Positions 14,057-26,999 of a DNA stretch of 64,000 nucleotides are shown in pieces (the stretch's first letter is position 1; each line of letters starts with the position of its first letter). The notes under the pieces were generated by a model. It saw only the letters and a program-made list of their open reading frames with translations, made no database searches and was not told the origin of the DNA. This stretch comes from Octopus sinensis (lineage: Eukaryota). A program made the position numbers and the translations under genes. Where the stretch lies: NCBI RefSeq assembly GCF_006345805.1, contig NC_043009.1, forward strand, positions 31,992,001 to 32,056,000. The letters run 5' to 3'.

Positions 14057-14145
14057 ATGCAGTACGATCGTTTCATGCAACTCCACTTAATTGAACAATG
14101 CAAACATTACATCAATTTAAAATGTAGAGCAATCTTCAGCTGCAT
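14057..14145 (-). ncRNA. type I hammerhead ribozyme with intact core
   Basis: Minus strand AUGCAG-CUGAAGA-[long helix II]-GAAA-CGAUCG-UA-CUGCAU; 6-bp helix I, palindromic ACGAUCGU helix III, GUA cleavage triplet. Confidence 0.85.
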
Positions 14146-14289
14146 AAAAATATATAATTTAGTTAAATTCGAAGGACTCATTTGTATAATTTTCTTTTTA
14201 TCCAAAATCACCAAGAATATAAATAGATAGACAAAGAACATGTTTTATCAACAACATCACAGTTGTAACTGAGATGTTTTCGAAGAAGT

Positions 14290-14389
14290 ATATATACATA
14301 TATATATGTATATATATATATATACACACACACACCTACACTCCCACATACATACATACACACCTACATACACACGCACACGCATACAT

Positions 14390-14424
<35 letters not shown>

Positions 14425-15270
14425 CACACACATACATACACACACACACATACACACACATATATGCACATACACATATACTTACACACATGCACACACA
14501 CACACACATACGCACATGCATGCATACATACACACACATACACACATGCACACATACATACATACACACACACACACATGCACACATACATACATACACA
14601 CACACATACATACATACACACACACTTCCACACATAAACACATACATACATACACACACACTTACACACACACATACATACATACATACATTCACTCCCA
14701 CGCACTCACACACACACATTTACATATATATATACAATACACGCACACACACTTACACACGTACAAACACACACGAACTCATATACACACTGACACATAC
14801 ATACACACAACATATACCTCCATGCGCATGCACACATACACATACGTACACACATATAAACACAGACACACACATACATACTCACACCAAAACATGCGTA
14901 CACATACGCACGTACACATACATACATGCACACACTGATACATATACGCACATATAAGCACACACACACACCCACACATACACTTAGTTAAGCACAGTTA
15001 CTCGCCATACACACAAAAAAACGCACACGCACACACACATACTACAACTAAACACACACACGAGACACATACAAGCACACACACATTCCTTCGTGTTTCT
15101 GACCTGTCACTCGCTAGCCTTCTCCCTCGCCCACCTATACACACATACACACACACGCACACACTCACATAAACACCCTTGTCCTCTCGCACACCGCTGC
15201 TACTGCTGTTGCCCTAGCTTTCGCCCAACATATACATACATACACACACACGCACACACTCACACACACC
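14290..15270. repeat. ~1 kb compound (CA)/(TA)/(CATA) microsatellite
   Basis: Continuous acac/atac repeats. Confidence 0.95.
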
Positions 15271-15440
15271 CTTGTAATCTCGCACACTGTTTGTTTACCT
15301 TCCTTCTTTTTCCGCTCTCTTGTCTTTGAAAACCCACACTCTCTTGTTTACTACTTCCGCCTTTCCAGTATGTTGACCTCGTGAGACTACTTGCATTTTT
15401 TCCCTCTGTCCTCCCACCTCGGGATCTTTCTTTCTCCTAT

Positions 15441-15475
15441 GTTTCCGACGAAGAGCTCCGCTCGAAACGTCATAC
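15441..15475 (+). ncRNA. minimal hammerhead motif (U4C variant) in a Penelope-like repeat (~15290-15572)
   Basis: gttt-CCGACGA-a-gagc-tcc-gctc-GAAA-c-gtc-atac; same family as 55322. Confidence 0.65.
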
Positions 15476-15828
15476 CCTCCTTCTTCCCTTTTTTCCTGAG
15501 CGCCTAATAATACTTTAATTGTTCCACCTCCTTGCGTTGTTGTCTTTTTTGTTTTCTTGTTTGGATTAACTTTATATATATATATATATATATACATATC
15601 TTTGAAGTTCATTAACAGGAAGTGTTTTTGAGTAGGCATTTAAAAGTTTCTATTTTTTTATGCCGGCTTCAGCTTAATGATACCAAGAGACAATAGCAAT
15701 CCTTTGACGTTGTACTGAGCTGTGCCAATATAATGTACAATAAATATAGTAATATTATAATAATGATAATAATCCATAAATGGATTTTATAAATATTTTA
15801 ATACAAGTATGCGTACACACATACTTAC

Positions 15829-15990
15829 ATAATGTTTCTTACAATCATAGTCTGCTGCATACAGAATTGAATGTATGAATATGATCCACCCACTGTCTAT
15901 GGATACTATGAACTGTATTGTAATCATCACAGGAATGTAGACTATGATCATAAGAAACATGGGATTTGTGGAAACAGGCATAGTCGTGCA
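15829..15990 (-). CDS. candidate internal coding exon (CTTMPVSTNPMFLMIIVYIPVMITIQFIVSIDSGWIIFIHSILYAADYDCKKHY), hydrophobic
   Basis: Acceptor atattttag|, donor |gtaagt; 162 nt, phase 0-0; only one open frame. Confidence 0.4.
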
Positions 15991-16759
15991 CTAAAATATT
16001 TATAAATTCCGTCCATGAATTATCGTTATTATTATTATTATTATTACTTTATATATCTGTTGATTATTTGCATAACAATTATCCAAACTTCTGCTCAGCT
16101 AGTTACACATAAATGTTTGTGTGTGTGGGTGTGTGTGTGTACATTGGTAGAATTAAGTGTTAGGTGAACATAGATTTTTTTTACTTATTGCTTCGTGTCT
16201 GAGCTAACAATTCAGACATTCAACGGACGATATATGACTACCGGCATACATCCACAAAGGAATACAAATTGATCTTCTTAGAACATGTCTGAGTTTAATG
16301 TGATGTGATTAATGACTAATCTGACACAATGGTATGAATGATGATATCAAGTAAATTTTGCATGAGCTGAGACATAGCACCAAGCTGGAAAAGAATCACA
16401 GGAATTTAATGATTTCAAATAAGAGATTACTCCAAGTTTATCTACGTCATTCTACAATCCTATTAAAACCAAGCGAGAGCTGCAGAGTAAGTTTCATGGT
16501 TTCAGATTGCTAAGATACAAAATAAATTTCAGATGAAAAACTAAATTAATTAAAAAGTTTATAAAAATAAATCATGCAATCAAGTAAAATTTAATTAATA
16601 TTTAATTTAATTCAATTTGCAGTGTTTTGATTCTCTTTAGGAAGTTGTAGAAATAACTTGGACGAAATTATTGTATAGTTTGTTAAATCTCATTATATAC
16701 AGTCTTGGTTTTTTTCTAGAGATTGAATATATGTCAGTAGCTTCGTAAATGTGTATGTG

Positions 16760-16790
<31 letters not shown>

Positions 16791-17164
16791 ATGTGTATTT
16801 CTGCCTGTCTGACTTGACATTTTGTGATAGTCGTAAACAAGTATCACCCTTATACAAATGCTGTCCTTCATTTCCAAATGGTTTTTGTAAACATGTCCAG
16901 CCCAGGGCTTGGAAACAGGTGAAGGTTGGCAAGAGGAAGAGTCATCCCAACCATAGAAAATCTACCTCAGTGAATTCCATCTGATCCATGCAGTCATCAT
17001 AAAGTGTACGTTAAAACATGACGATGAAGAAGTGCACAATACATGCATGTGTAAACCAGGATCAGTTTTTCTCCTGTACTAGCAATGTCTAATCCACTTC
17101 ATGTAGTACATTTATCTCGTCGTCTTCTCTGTACTATTTCCCTCACTCTCTATTAATCCAGATA

Positions 17165-17562
17165 TCACCATCATCATTATCATGATCATCATCATCATCA
17201 CCGTCGTCGTCGTCATCATCATTACCATCATCGTTATCGTCATCATCATCACCATCGTCGTTGTTGTCGTCAACATCATCATCATCACCATCATCATCAT
17301 CATCGTCATCGTCATCATCGTCAACAACATCGTCATCACCATCATCATCATCATCATCATCGTCATCATCACCATCATCATCATCGTTGTCGTCATCATC
17401 AATATCATCATCATCATCATCATCATCATCACCACCATCATCATAATTGTCGTCATCATCATCATCGTCATCATCATCATCATCACCATCATCATCGTCG
17501 TCGTCATCATCATCAACAACATCGTCATCACCATCATCATCATCATTGTCGTCATCGTCATC

Positions 17563-17595
<33 letters not shown>

Positions 17596-17640
17596 ATCAT
17601 CACTGTCATCAACATCATCATCGTCGTCATCGTCATCATC
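17165..17640. repeat. ~475 bp (CAT/CGT/CAC)n trinucleotide tract
   Basis: Source of the poly-M/I/S ORFs. Confidence 0.95.
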
Positions 17641-18084
17641 TTTTAATATACATTTTCTATGCTGGTATGGGTCAGATGGTTTGACAGGAAGTGGAAGGCA
17701 CCAAGCTCAAATGTCTGTTTTCGGATGGTATCAATGGTTGCATACTCTTCCTAATGCCCACCACTTTAGAGTGTGTACTGAGTGCTTTTAATGTGGCACC
17801 AGCAGCAGTGAGGTCATCAAAGCCTTTACATGACAAACCCATGACTTAAATCTGAGTGGAGAGAGAGAGAGAGAGAGAGAGAGAAGAGAGAGAGTGACAG
17901 AGAGAGAGCGTGACAGAAAGAGAGAGAGAGAAAAGAGAGAGGTGAGAGAGGGAGGGGAGAGAGGAGAGAGGAGAGAGAGAGAGAAAGGATAGAGAGTATG
18001 TGTATGTGTGTGTGTGTGTATGTGTGCCTTTCCATCTGTGTTTGTCTGCCACCGCTGCTTGCTTGAGAACCAGTGTTGGTATCT

Positions 18085-18473
18085 TCTTTTTTATTCTTTT
18101 ATTTGCTTCAGTCATTTTGACTGTGGCCATACTGGAGCACCACCTTTAGTCAAGCAAAGCGACCCCCAGGACTTTTTCTTTGTAAGCCTAGTACTTATAC
18201 TATCAGTCCCTTTTGCCGAACCACTAAGTTACAGGTATGTAAACACACTAGTATTGGTTGTCAAACAATGTTGGGGGACAAATACACACATATATATATA
18301 CACTTACATAAAATGGGCTTCTTTCTGTTTCCGTCTACCAAATCCACTCACAAGTCTTTGGTCAGCCCAAGGCTATCGTAGAAGACATTTGCCCAAGGTG
18401 CTATGTAGTGGGATTGAACCCAGACCCATGTGGTTGGTAAGTAAGCTACTTACCACACAGCCACTCCTGCACC
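18085..18473 (-). mobile_element. SINE A nested inside another (+ strand) SINE A (~18020-18575)
   Basis: Host SINE breaks at ..cagtgttggtat| and resumes at |atgtttacatccctgtaacttag. Confidence 0.8.
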
Positions 18474-18689
18474 TATGTTTACATCCCTGTAACTTAGTAG
18501 TTCAGCATTATATACCGATAAAATAAGTACCAAGCTTTAAAAACAATACAAGTCACTGGCTTGTTTTATTCAAGTAAAGTATGGAGGGGGTCAGTGCTAA
18601 GCAGTGATAAGTAAAATTACTGTCTGAAAATGATTGACACATATTTGAAAGAGGGAACAAGCTACTTACTGCATTTTGTCACAAAGAGT

Positions 18690-19117
18690 GGATCTTTTCA
18701 GTTTGAACGGTAGTTTTTAAGATAATTTCTAGGTAACTAAAAAATTTTAAAGTTCGTATACTGGTAGAATGTGTTTATAAAACATTTTTTCTCTTGGCTT
18801 TATTGAGAAAATTCTATAGTTTGTAAGATATTTGTTGTTTTTTTTCTTCAATTTCTGCAATTTCAGCCAATCACTGACGTCTATTGAGGCAAAAAGCATT
18901 CTGTGCCGTATGAATATGTCCCTCATTTAAGAAACAGATTGGGTTTATTTACATTTCTGAAGAAAAAAAGATACCCTTCCCCCCACTCCTAACCTTAACC
19001 CTAACTGTAACCCTAAAACAGACTGAAATGCAATAGATCAATACTAGGGTCATAATTATGGGTGACAATTTCATATGACACCGCTAGAAAAAACTGCCGT
19101 TCAAACCGAAAAGATCC
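18690..19117. mobile_element. MITE with GG termini and 8-bp TSD (Merlin-like)
   Basis: TIR ggatcttttc(a/g)gtttgaacgg(t/c)agttttt; TSD caaagagt at 18682-18689 and 19118-19125; internal cctaacc-like repeats. Confidence 0.85.
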
Positions 19118-19339
19118 CAAAGAGTATATCTCACTTGCTTTCTCCATTCCACTCCCCTAACTAATTTGAAGCACCATTCTGCAAGCGCTCTTCCTACCAT
19201 TTTCTCCTTTTACTATCTTCTCCTCTTTTTTCTCTCTGTTCTTTCCTTATCTTTTTCTTTGCTTTTTAATTCATTCTCTCCATTAGAGTCATTTAGTCTT
19301 TCTTCCACCGTTTTTGTCTCCTGTCTTTCCTTTGTGATG

Positions 19340-19870
19340 CTGTCATACATGTGTCATGCCAAATAACGCAACATGGAATATTGTTATTACATTCAAATCA
19401 TATAGTATATTACTACATGTGTTTACCGTTATTTTGTGTATCATGTAAGGTATATTATGTCATGGGTAAAATGCAGTGCACCAAATATTATTATTAGTGT
19501 GTTTACATGAGATATGGTGGATGCAGCTATTCTGTGAGTTTGGCATGTAGCACATTGCAACATGTGACACAGTTCGTGTGTGCCTTTTGTGATTATTGCT
19601 ACATGCAATATGTTTAATTGTGTGTCATGTGAATGTTGCTACATTTGATCTGTTACTCTATGTTATTTGAGTATTGCTACATGTGACTGTATTACTATGT
19701 ATGTGTGCCATGCCAACAATGCTACATATGACAGTTTTATCATGTGTCATGTGACTACTGATATATTGATGCATGTAATGTTGTTACTTTATATGTCATG
19801 TAGTGTATGTCCACATGTTATAATGTCATTGTGTATCAAGTAGTCTATCCCTACATGTGACAATGTGACA
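19340..19870. repeat. degenerate ~38-bp minisatellite
   Basis: Recurring tgtgtcatgt..tattgctacatgtgac motif. Confidence 0.65.
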
Positions 19871-20020
19871 ATAATTATTTATCTCATCAATTCTGGAATT
19901 TTCACAAATTATCTTAAAATATTATTTAAATATTATTTTTATATTAAGATTCCCTTTTCCCCCTACATGAGTTGTATATTACAACATACATACATACATA
20001 CATACATCATACATACATAC

Positions 20021-21301
20021 ATCAGGTTGAATAAAAAGTAAGCAATGTTTTGAACCATGAAGAATTTGTACCAGATTTTTGCAGTTTTGAATTTAAAAAA
20101 AATTTTTTTTTTTTTGGCAATTTTCTGATAATACAGTCGTAAACTTGCCCAAATGCATTAATAAATTAACATTGATATTTCTTTTGACCGTTGTTACAAT
20201 TGTCTGAAATGGAACTGTGAAAGTACAATATTCAAGCAATTTTGCTACTCAACTTTAAAAAAGGACGTAAAGCAGCTAAAACTGCTCACGATATCAACAA
20301 AACATTTGATGAGTAAATGACCAGTGAATGATCAGCTCGAAAATGGTTTGAGCGATTTCACATTGGAGACCTGGACCTTGAAGATTGGGAGCATAATTTA
20401 AGCACCCAACTGTCACCGATGATGGTCAATTAAAGACCGTCATTGAGAAAGATCTACATAAAACCACTCGAGAACTGACAAAAGAACTTCAAGTTACCCA
20501 GAGAACTGCCTGCAACCATTTACATGTGATCAGAAAATCAAAAACGCTCGACAAATGGAAAATCAAAAACACTCGACAAATGAAAATCAGAAAATGTGCA
20601 GATAAGAAATTTGCTCGTCACTTCTTTGCAACCTGACTGATCCATTTCTCAACCATATTGTAACTTGAATTCTGTGCAATAATAAAAAAATATTCTTCAC
20701 AATGGTTGGACCAAAATGAAGCACTGAAAACTTTCCCTAAACCTAAGCTCTTCTAAGAGACGGTTATGGTGACTGTTTGGTAGTGTACTGCTGGACGCAT
20801 CCACTATAACTTCTTAAAACCTGGAAAAACCATTACTGCAGAATTATATTGCCATGAAATTGCCAAAAATGAATGAAAAACTGCTACTCCTCCATCCCAG
20901 ACTGGTCAACAGAAGAGGGCCAATCATTCTTCCTGACAATGTTCGACCACATGTTTCATTAATGACACTCCAGAAGTTGAGGGAATTTGGCCACAAAGTT
21001 CATCCCCACCCAGTTTATTTTCCAGACCTTTCTCCTACCAACTACCACATTTTCAAGCACCTTGATGGTTTCCTGTGAGAGTAGTGCAAAATTCAAAGTG
21101 AAGCTGAAAGTGCATTCAAAGAGTTGATCAGCTCCAGAACTCCAGATTTTTATGTTACCGGAATGAAGAAACTTGTAATTGGCTGGCAAAACTCTGTTGA
21201 TTGCAATAGTACTTACTTTGATGAATAAAATTTCCGCATTGTTGAAATATATTGTGATGAATTTCATGTTTCAAAACGTTGCTTACTTTTTACTCAGTCT
21301 G

Positions 21302-21303
<2 letters not shown>
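20021..21303 (+). mobile_element. full-length decayed mariner (DD34D, Hsmar1/cecropia-like) transposon
   Basis: ~34-bp TIRs atcaggttgaataaaaagtaagcaatgttttgaa; transposase remnants IQAILLLNFKKGRKAAKTA, PDNVRPH, YFPDLSPTNYHIFKHL with stops/frameshifts. Confidence 0.92.
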
Positions 21304-21333
<30 letters not shown>

Positions 21334-21336
21334 ATA

Positions 21337-22354
21337 TAAATCCTTAAATCCTTAAAAATGTTTTAGCCCGAAGGCCGCGGCCATGCTGGGGCACCACCGC
21401 TGAATGAGCTACACTAGTTTGTGAAACCACCTCTGATACGTGGCACTTGATCAACAAGGGAGTTCGATGCTGCTGCCCGCATCCGTGTCTCCTGTCGTGA
21501 GGTAGGTTCATCTGGGACTCCCAACAAGAAGAGATCCAGTTTAATTTTAAAGAAACCCACATCCACACCATGTAAGTCTCTCAGGCATTTAGGGAGGATG
21601 TTAAAGAGCTGTGGTCCTCTGAAACCCAAGCTGTTGCAGTATCTGGACCTGTATTTTGATGGTGATGTTGGAATCCTTGGCACCACGCAGCGGCGCCCCG
21701 TTCTGCGGTTGGAGTAACTTTGAATGCCAAAGTTTGGGACAAGACCCTCCAGGATTTTCCAGATGTATATCACTGCATATCTCTCCCACCTCCGCTCCAG
21801 GGAGAAGAGGTTTAATACCTTCAGTCTTTCCCAGTAGCTGACATTTTGCATTGAGACGATTTTCTTTGTGTAGCTTCTCTGAGTTGCTTCGAGTTCTGCT
21901 GTTTGTTTTATATTGTGTGGTGACCAAAGTTGGGAGCAGTAGTCCAAGCGGCTGAGGACAAATGTTTTCCATAGGACCATCAGTGTCTCCTTCTCTCTTG
22001 TTCTGAAAGTTCGGAGAATCCATCCAGCTAGCCGTCTGCATTTTATCACCAGATTAGCAATATGCATTTGGAAAGATGCATCATTGCTCATGTCAATGCC
22101 CAGGTCACGCACTGATTTTGACTCAGGGATTGCAATTCTTCCTGGGCCAGTGTATCCAGTCTTCACGTCATTTACCTTTGTGTGCCAGTAGCGCAGGGCC
22201 TGGAACTTACCTGCATTAAACTGCATGTTGTTGTCCTCAGCCCACCTGTATATTGTGTCCAGCTCATGTTGCAGATGCGCAATATTTTCAGGGTTTTGTA
22301 TTGCGTGGGAGACTTTTGTGTCATCTGCATAGCTAGCAAGGGTGGTCATCGTAG
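21337..22354 (-). mobile_element. 5'-truncated CR1-like LINE; RT C-terminal ORF 21414-22354 uninterrupted
   Basis: YADDTK, VRDLG, SRLDYCSQLWSP, LFSLERR motifs; 3' UTR stem-loop and (aaggattt) tail. Confidence 0.92.
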
Positions 22355-22479
22355 CATATATATATGCACACACACGCATATAAACAAGCAGAGAGATTTA
22401 TGTATATCTGTATACATTACAAGTAGGAATAAAATGTAGATGCACATATATATGATATATATATACATATATATACATA

Positions 22480-22516
<37 letters not shown>

Positions 22517-22644
22517 GTACATACATACATATATATGTGTGTGTGTATAAGTATGTGAGTATATAGGCAATTCCAGTATATATGTATAAAGAAATACATA
22601 TGTGTATGTGTGTGTGTGTGTGTGTGTATTTGTATGTGTGTATA

Positions 22645-22720
<76 letters not shown>

Positions 22721-22722
22721 AT

Positions 22723-22765
<43 letters not shown>

Positions 22766-23764
22766 TCAAGAGAGGAAGACAAAAGGGAAAAGAGAAAGAA
22801 CAGCGAGATAATTCTGAAGTCAGGTGCACTTCTATAATAGGATCAATAGACATTCCATTCCACAGTTTATATAATTCGTTTCAATATTTGAAACACATAT
22901 TTCTTTTATCTTATTTCATCACAAATTTTTTTATTTTTGCTTTCCTTGTTATCGTTGTCAATTGTTGCAGATTTTCTTTCTTTTCCTTATTTTTGTTTAT
23001 TTATTTGTCGTTTGTTTCCGTTTCATTTTTTTTCACCTTCAAAGATGTTTGCCTGAAGCCTAAAGACACACAAACAGGAGTCCCAATTTTATTTCAATTC
23101 CAACCAATTATCAAACTCTAAACTAAGAACTTAGTCCTTTGTCTATTAAACTCATATCGTTCTAGTTTAATAATATTGCTTCTTCAAATATGTTTTATTC
23201 TTCAAAATAAATATTACAAGAGATTTCTTTTTGGTCTTTTTTTTTTTTTGCATTCACTTTCACATATATTTCTATATCTAACTCTATATTTACTGAGAAG
23301 GTCCAGTCAATCAAGTGCTGTTACAATCACAAATGTACCGAGAAATAATAAACACTTTGCAAATTTTGACATTTTGGAAAACACAGCAAAAATACGTTGG
23401 TAGCAACATGACTGTATCTATATATGTATCCACACATACACACACAGGTATATATGTATGCGTTTTGTATATATATATATATTTCTGTTATTTACTCGGT
23501 GCATGAGAGAAAGAGAGACAGACAGACAGAGTAAAGGTGAGAGAGAGAGAGAGAAACAGTAAGGGTGAGAGAGGAAAAGAGAGGATGAGAGAGAGAAGGA
23601 TAAGGGTGAGAAAGAGAGAGTAAGGGAGAGGGAGAGAGACAGTAAGGGCAAGAGAGAGTGAAGGGTGAGAGAGAGAGAATGAGGGGGAGAGAGAGTAAGG
23701 GAGGGGGAGAGAGTAAGGGTGTGAGAGAGAGAGGCTGACTTTCAGTTTTTATGTTTCTTTTATC

Positions 23765-23960
23765 CATTATCTTTTCCTTGTTTCAGTCATTAAACTGTGG
23801 CCATGCTGGGGCACTTCCTTGATGGATTTAATCGAACAAATGAAGCCCAGTAGTTATATTTTTTGAATCTGGTACTTGTCTTAGTCTCATTTGCCAAACT
23901 GCTAAGTTACATAAACAAACCAACACCAATTGTAAAGCAGTGGAGAGGGGGAGACACAAA
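23765..23960 (-). mobile_element. SINE A 3' half
   Basis: gtttcagtcatt..ctgtggccatgctggggcac. Confidence 0.75.
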
Positions 23961-23984
23961 GACTCGTGCATACATGCACGCACA

Positions 23985-24031
<47 letters not shown>

Positions 24032-24084
24032 GGTAACTGTGGAATGGATAGACCCAGAAAAATGTGGGACAAAGTGGTAAGAAT

Positions 24085-24737
24085 GGGTGGCATGTAAAAA
24101 GCACCCGCTACACTCTCGGAGTGGTTGGCGTTAGGAAGGGCATCCAGCTGTAGAATCATTGCCAGATCGGATTGGAGCCTGGCGTGGCCTCCTGGCTTGC
24201 CAGTCTCCAGTCAAACCATCCAACCTATGCCAGTATGGAAAATGGATGTTAAACGATGATGATGATATATACACATCTATCTGTATATATATGGAATGCT
24301 ATGGAGCTCTACCATTACTTTATTCCATGAACAGAAATTTTATTTTCCTTTTAGTTTATTTATCAGTGCTGTGTGACAGGCTCCCATGAAGGTGGCACAT
24401 AAAAAGCATCATTCAAGCTTGGTCATTGCCAGAGTCACCTGATTCACTCCTGTGCCAGTGACACGTAAAAAGCACCATTCAAGTGTGGTCGTTGCTAGTG
24501 CTGCCTGACTGGCTCTAATGCTGGTGGAACATAAAAAGCACCCACTACACTCTCAGAGTGGTTGGCATTAGGAAAGCATCCAGCTGTAGAAACCTTGGCA
24601 GATCAGATAGGAACCTGGTGCAGCCTTCTGACTTGTCAGTCCTCACTCAAACCGTCCAACCCAGGCCAGCATGGAAAGCGGACGTTAAACGATGATGATG
24701 ACGACAACAACAACGATGATGATGATGATGATGATGA
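24085..24737 (+). mobile_element. two RTE-tail-derived repeats (family C) ending in (GAT)n
   Basis: gtggcacgtaaaaagcaccc..ggcatccagctgtagaa..aaacgatgatgat matches the 3' end of the RTE at ~26770-26957. Confidence 0.8.
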
Positions 24738-25581
24738 TTAATTTACCCGTATATAATTTAACCCATCATTCATCATTATTACTATTGCTATTATTGAATT
24801 GAAATAAAAGGAATAATTTTAACGCATGCGTACATACACACACATATAAATGCATAGTAAACATGTTTATATATTCTGTATTTTCTGCAAGTATCGTAAT
24901 GTAATCCTTATTGTCTTCTGAACACTCAGATGATTTTTCTTATAAGGTATTTAAAATACAAATTTATATTTTTATATATGTTTTATAATTTTAAACTTAT
25001 TCGAGAAATGAAACAATTGTTGATTAATATGTTGATTAATTAAATTATTTTTTTATCCATTGGATCTTTCTGTTTTCTAACTCAATAAAAATTTTTGATA
25101 TCTTATGGTAATCTATATAATATATATTCATTGAAGAATTATCTCTTCAAAATTTAATATATTAAACCAGTGTATCTTGGATAAATATCCCTATATAGAG
25201 GTTTGAATTTCCGCATTGTGACTATACACATATATACACATGTTTATCTCTTTCTATCTCTTTTTACATATATATATATATATTATATATATATATATAT
25301 TATATATGATAATAATAATAATAATAGGGAGTATAACTCCAAACTTACGGGGAAAAATTCAATTTAGTATTAATTCAAATTTCACAATATAGATATATAA
25401 TATATAAATTATATATTTGTCTCCGCAAACAATAACTCTCTGCTCGAATGGGCCTTGGTGCCCAAATCCTGAACTGAAAGACTTCGCCAGGTGGTGCTAT
25501 TAAGTTAGACATGGCCTGGGCCAATACTGGCCAAAACCTTTCTAAGTTATTATTCTAAGTTATATATATATATATATATAT

Positions 25582-26957
25582 AACTGTAGAAAAGGTGTAG
25601 GTAGAAACTCTATAAGATGCACCAAGTGTAAGCTATGGACACATAAGAGATGCAGCAATGTCAAAGGAAGGCTAACTAGGAAGATGGTTTTTGTATGTGG
25701 CAGATGCTCAGGAACAATAAACACAGAAAATGCTCTGAGACCAACTTCCGTCACTTTCCAGGGAGAAAAACTAGAAATAGTTGATAGTTTCCGTTACCTA
25801 GGTGACCAAGTCAGCAGCGGGGGCGGGTGTGCTGAAAGTGTAACTGCTAGAGTAAGAATAGCTTGGGCAAAGTTCAGAGAGCTCTTACCTCTGCTGGTGA
25901 CAAAAGGCCTCTCGCACAGAGTGAAAGGCAGACTGTATGATGCGTGTGTACGAACAGCCATGCTACATGGCAGTGAAACATGGGCCGTGACTGCTGAGGA
26001 TATGCGTAAGCTCGCTAGAAATGAAGCCAGTATGCTCCGATGGATGTGTAATGCCGGTACTCACACTCGGCAGAGTGTAAGTACCTTGAGAGAAAAGCTG
26101 GACCTAAGAAGCATCAGTTGTGGTGTGCAAGAGAGACGTTTGCGCTGGTATGGTCATGTGGCGAGAATGGATGAAGATAGTTGTGTGAAAAAGTGCCACA
26201 CCCTAGCGGTTGAGGGAACCTGTGGAAGAGGCAGACCCAGGAAAACCTGGGACGAGGTGGTGAAGCACGACCTTCGAACTTTAGGTCTCACTGAGGAAAT
26301 GACTAGAGACCGAGACCTCTGGAAGTGTGCTGTGCGCGAGAAGACCCGGCAGGACAAGTGAGTCCACAACCCGTGGCCTTCTACATGGGATGGAGCCAGC
26401 CTACGTATGCATACCTTCCCTTCTTGGGACACAAAACTCTACTTGTGAAGACGTGTTGAGGCAAGTGAGGATCAGAATCGAAATCGATCAATGGAAATTG
26501 CGGATGTGCTACCAGTGCCGGTGGCATGTCGAAACTCTGCTTGTGAAGACCCATTGAGGCAAGTGAGGATCAGAATCGAAATCGATCAATGGAAATCGAT
26601 CAATGGAAATTGCAGATGTGTTACCAGTGCCGGTGGCATGGAAGAGAACTTTCCGTTTCGCGACCGTTGCCAGCACTGCCCCGTTTCGTGTCCGTTGCCA
26701 GCCTCGCCTGGCACATAAAAAGCACCATCCGTTCGTGGCCGTTTGCCAGCTCTGTCTGGCACCAGTGCGGGTGGCACGTAAAAAGCACCCACTACACTCA
26801 CGGAGTGGTTGGCGTTAGGAAGGGCATCCAGCCGTAGAAACACTGCCAGATTTGACTGGGCCTGATGAAGCCTTCTGGCTTGACAGACCCCAGTAGAACC
26901 GTCCAACCCATGCTAGCATGGAAAACGGACGCTAAATGATGATGATGATGATGATGA
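25582..26957 (+). mobile_element. 5'-truncated RTE-clade LINE (ORF open 25582-26361; repeat-containing 3' UTR; (GAT)n tail)
   Basis: LEIVDSFRYLG, MLHGSETW, RRLRWYGHVARM, GRGRPRKTW; ~98-bp duplication in the UTR at ~26430-26640. Confidence 0.93.
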
Positions 26958-26999
26958 TATACATATATATATATATATATATGTCCCATGTGCTGGTGG

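Noticed and set aside
18988-19016. Telomere or chromosome end
   Set aside because: Only a few degenerate units, internal to a MITE
24390-24560. CRISPR-like recurrence of gcacgtaaaaagcacc (also ~26700-26800, 27170-27310)
   Set aside because: Intervening sequences are mutually similar, no cas genes, eukaryotic context; these are RTE 3' UTR repeats
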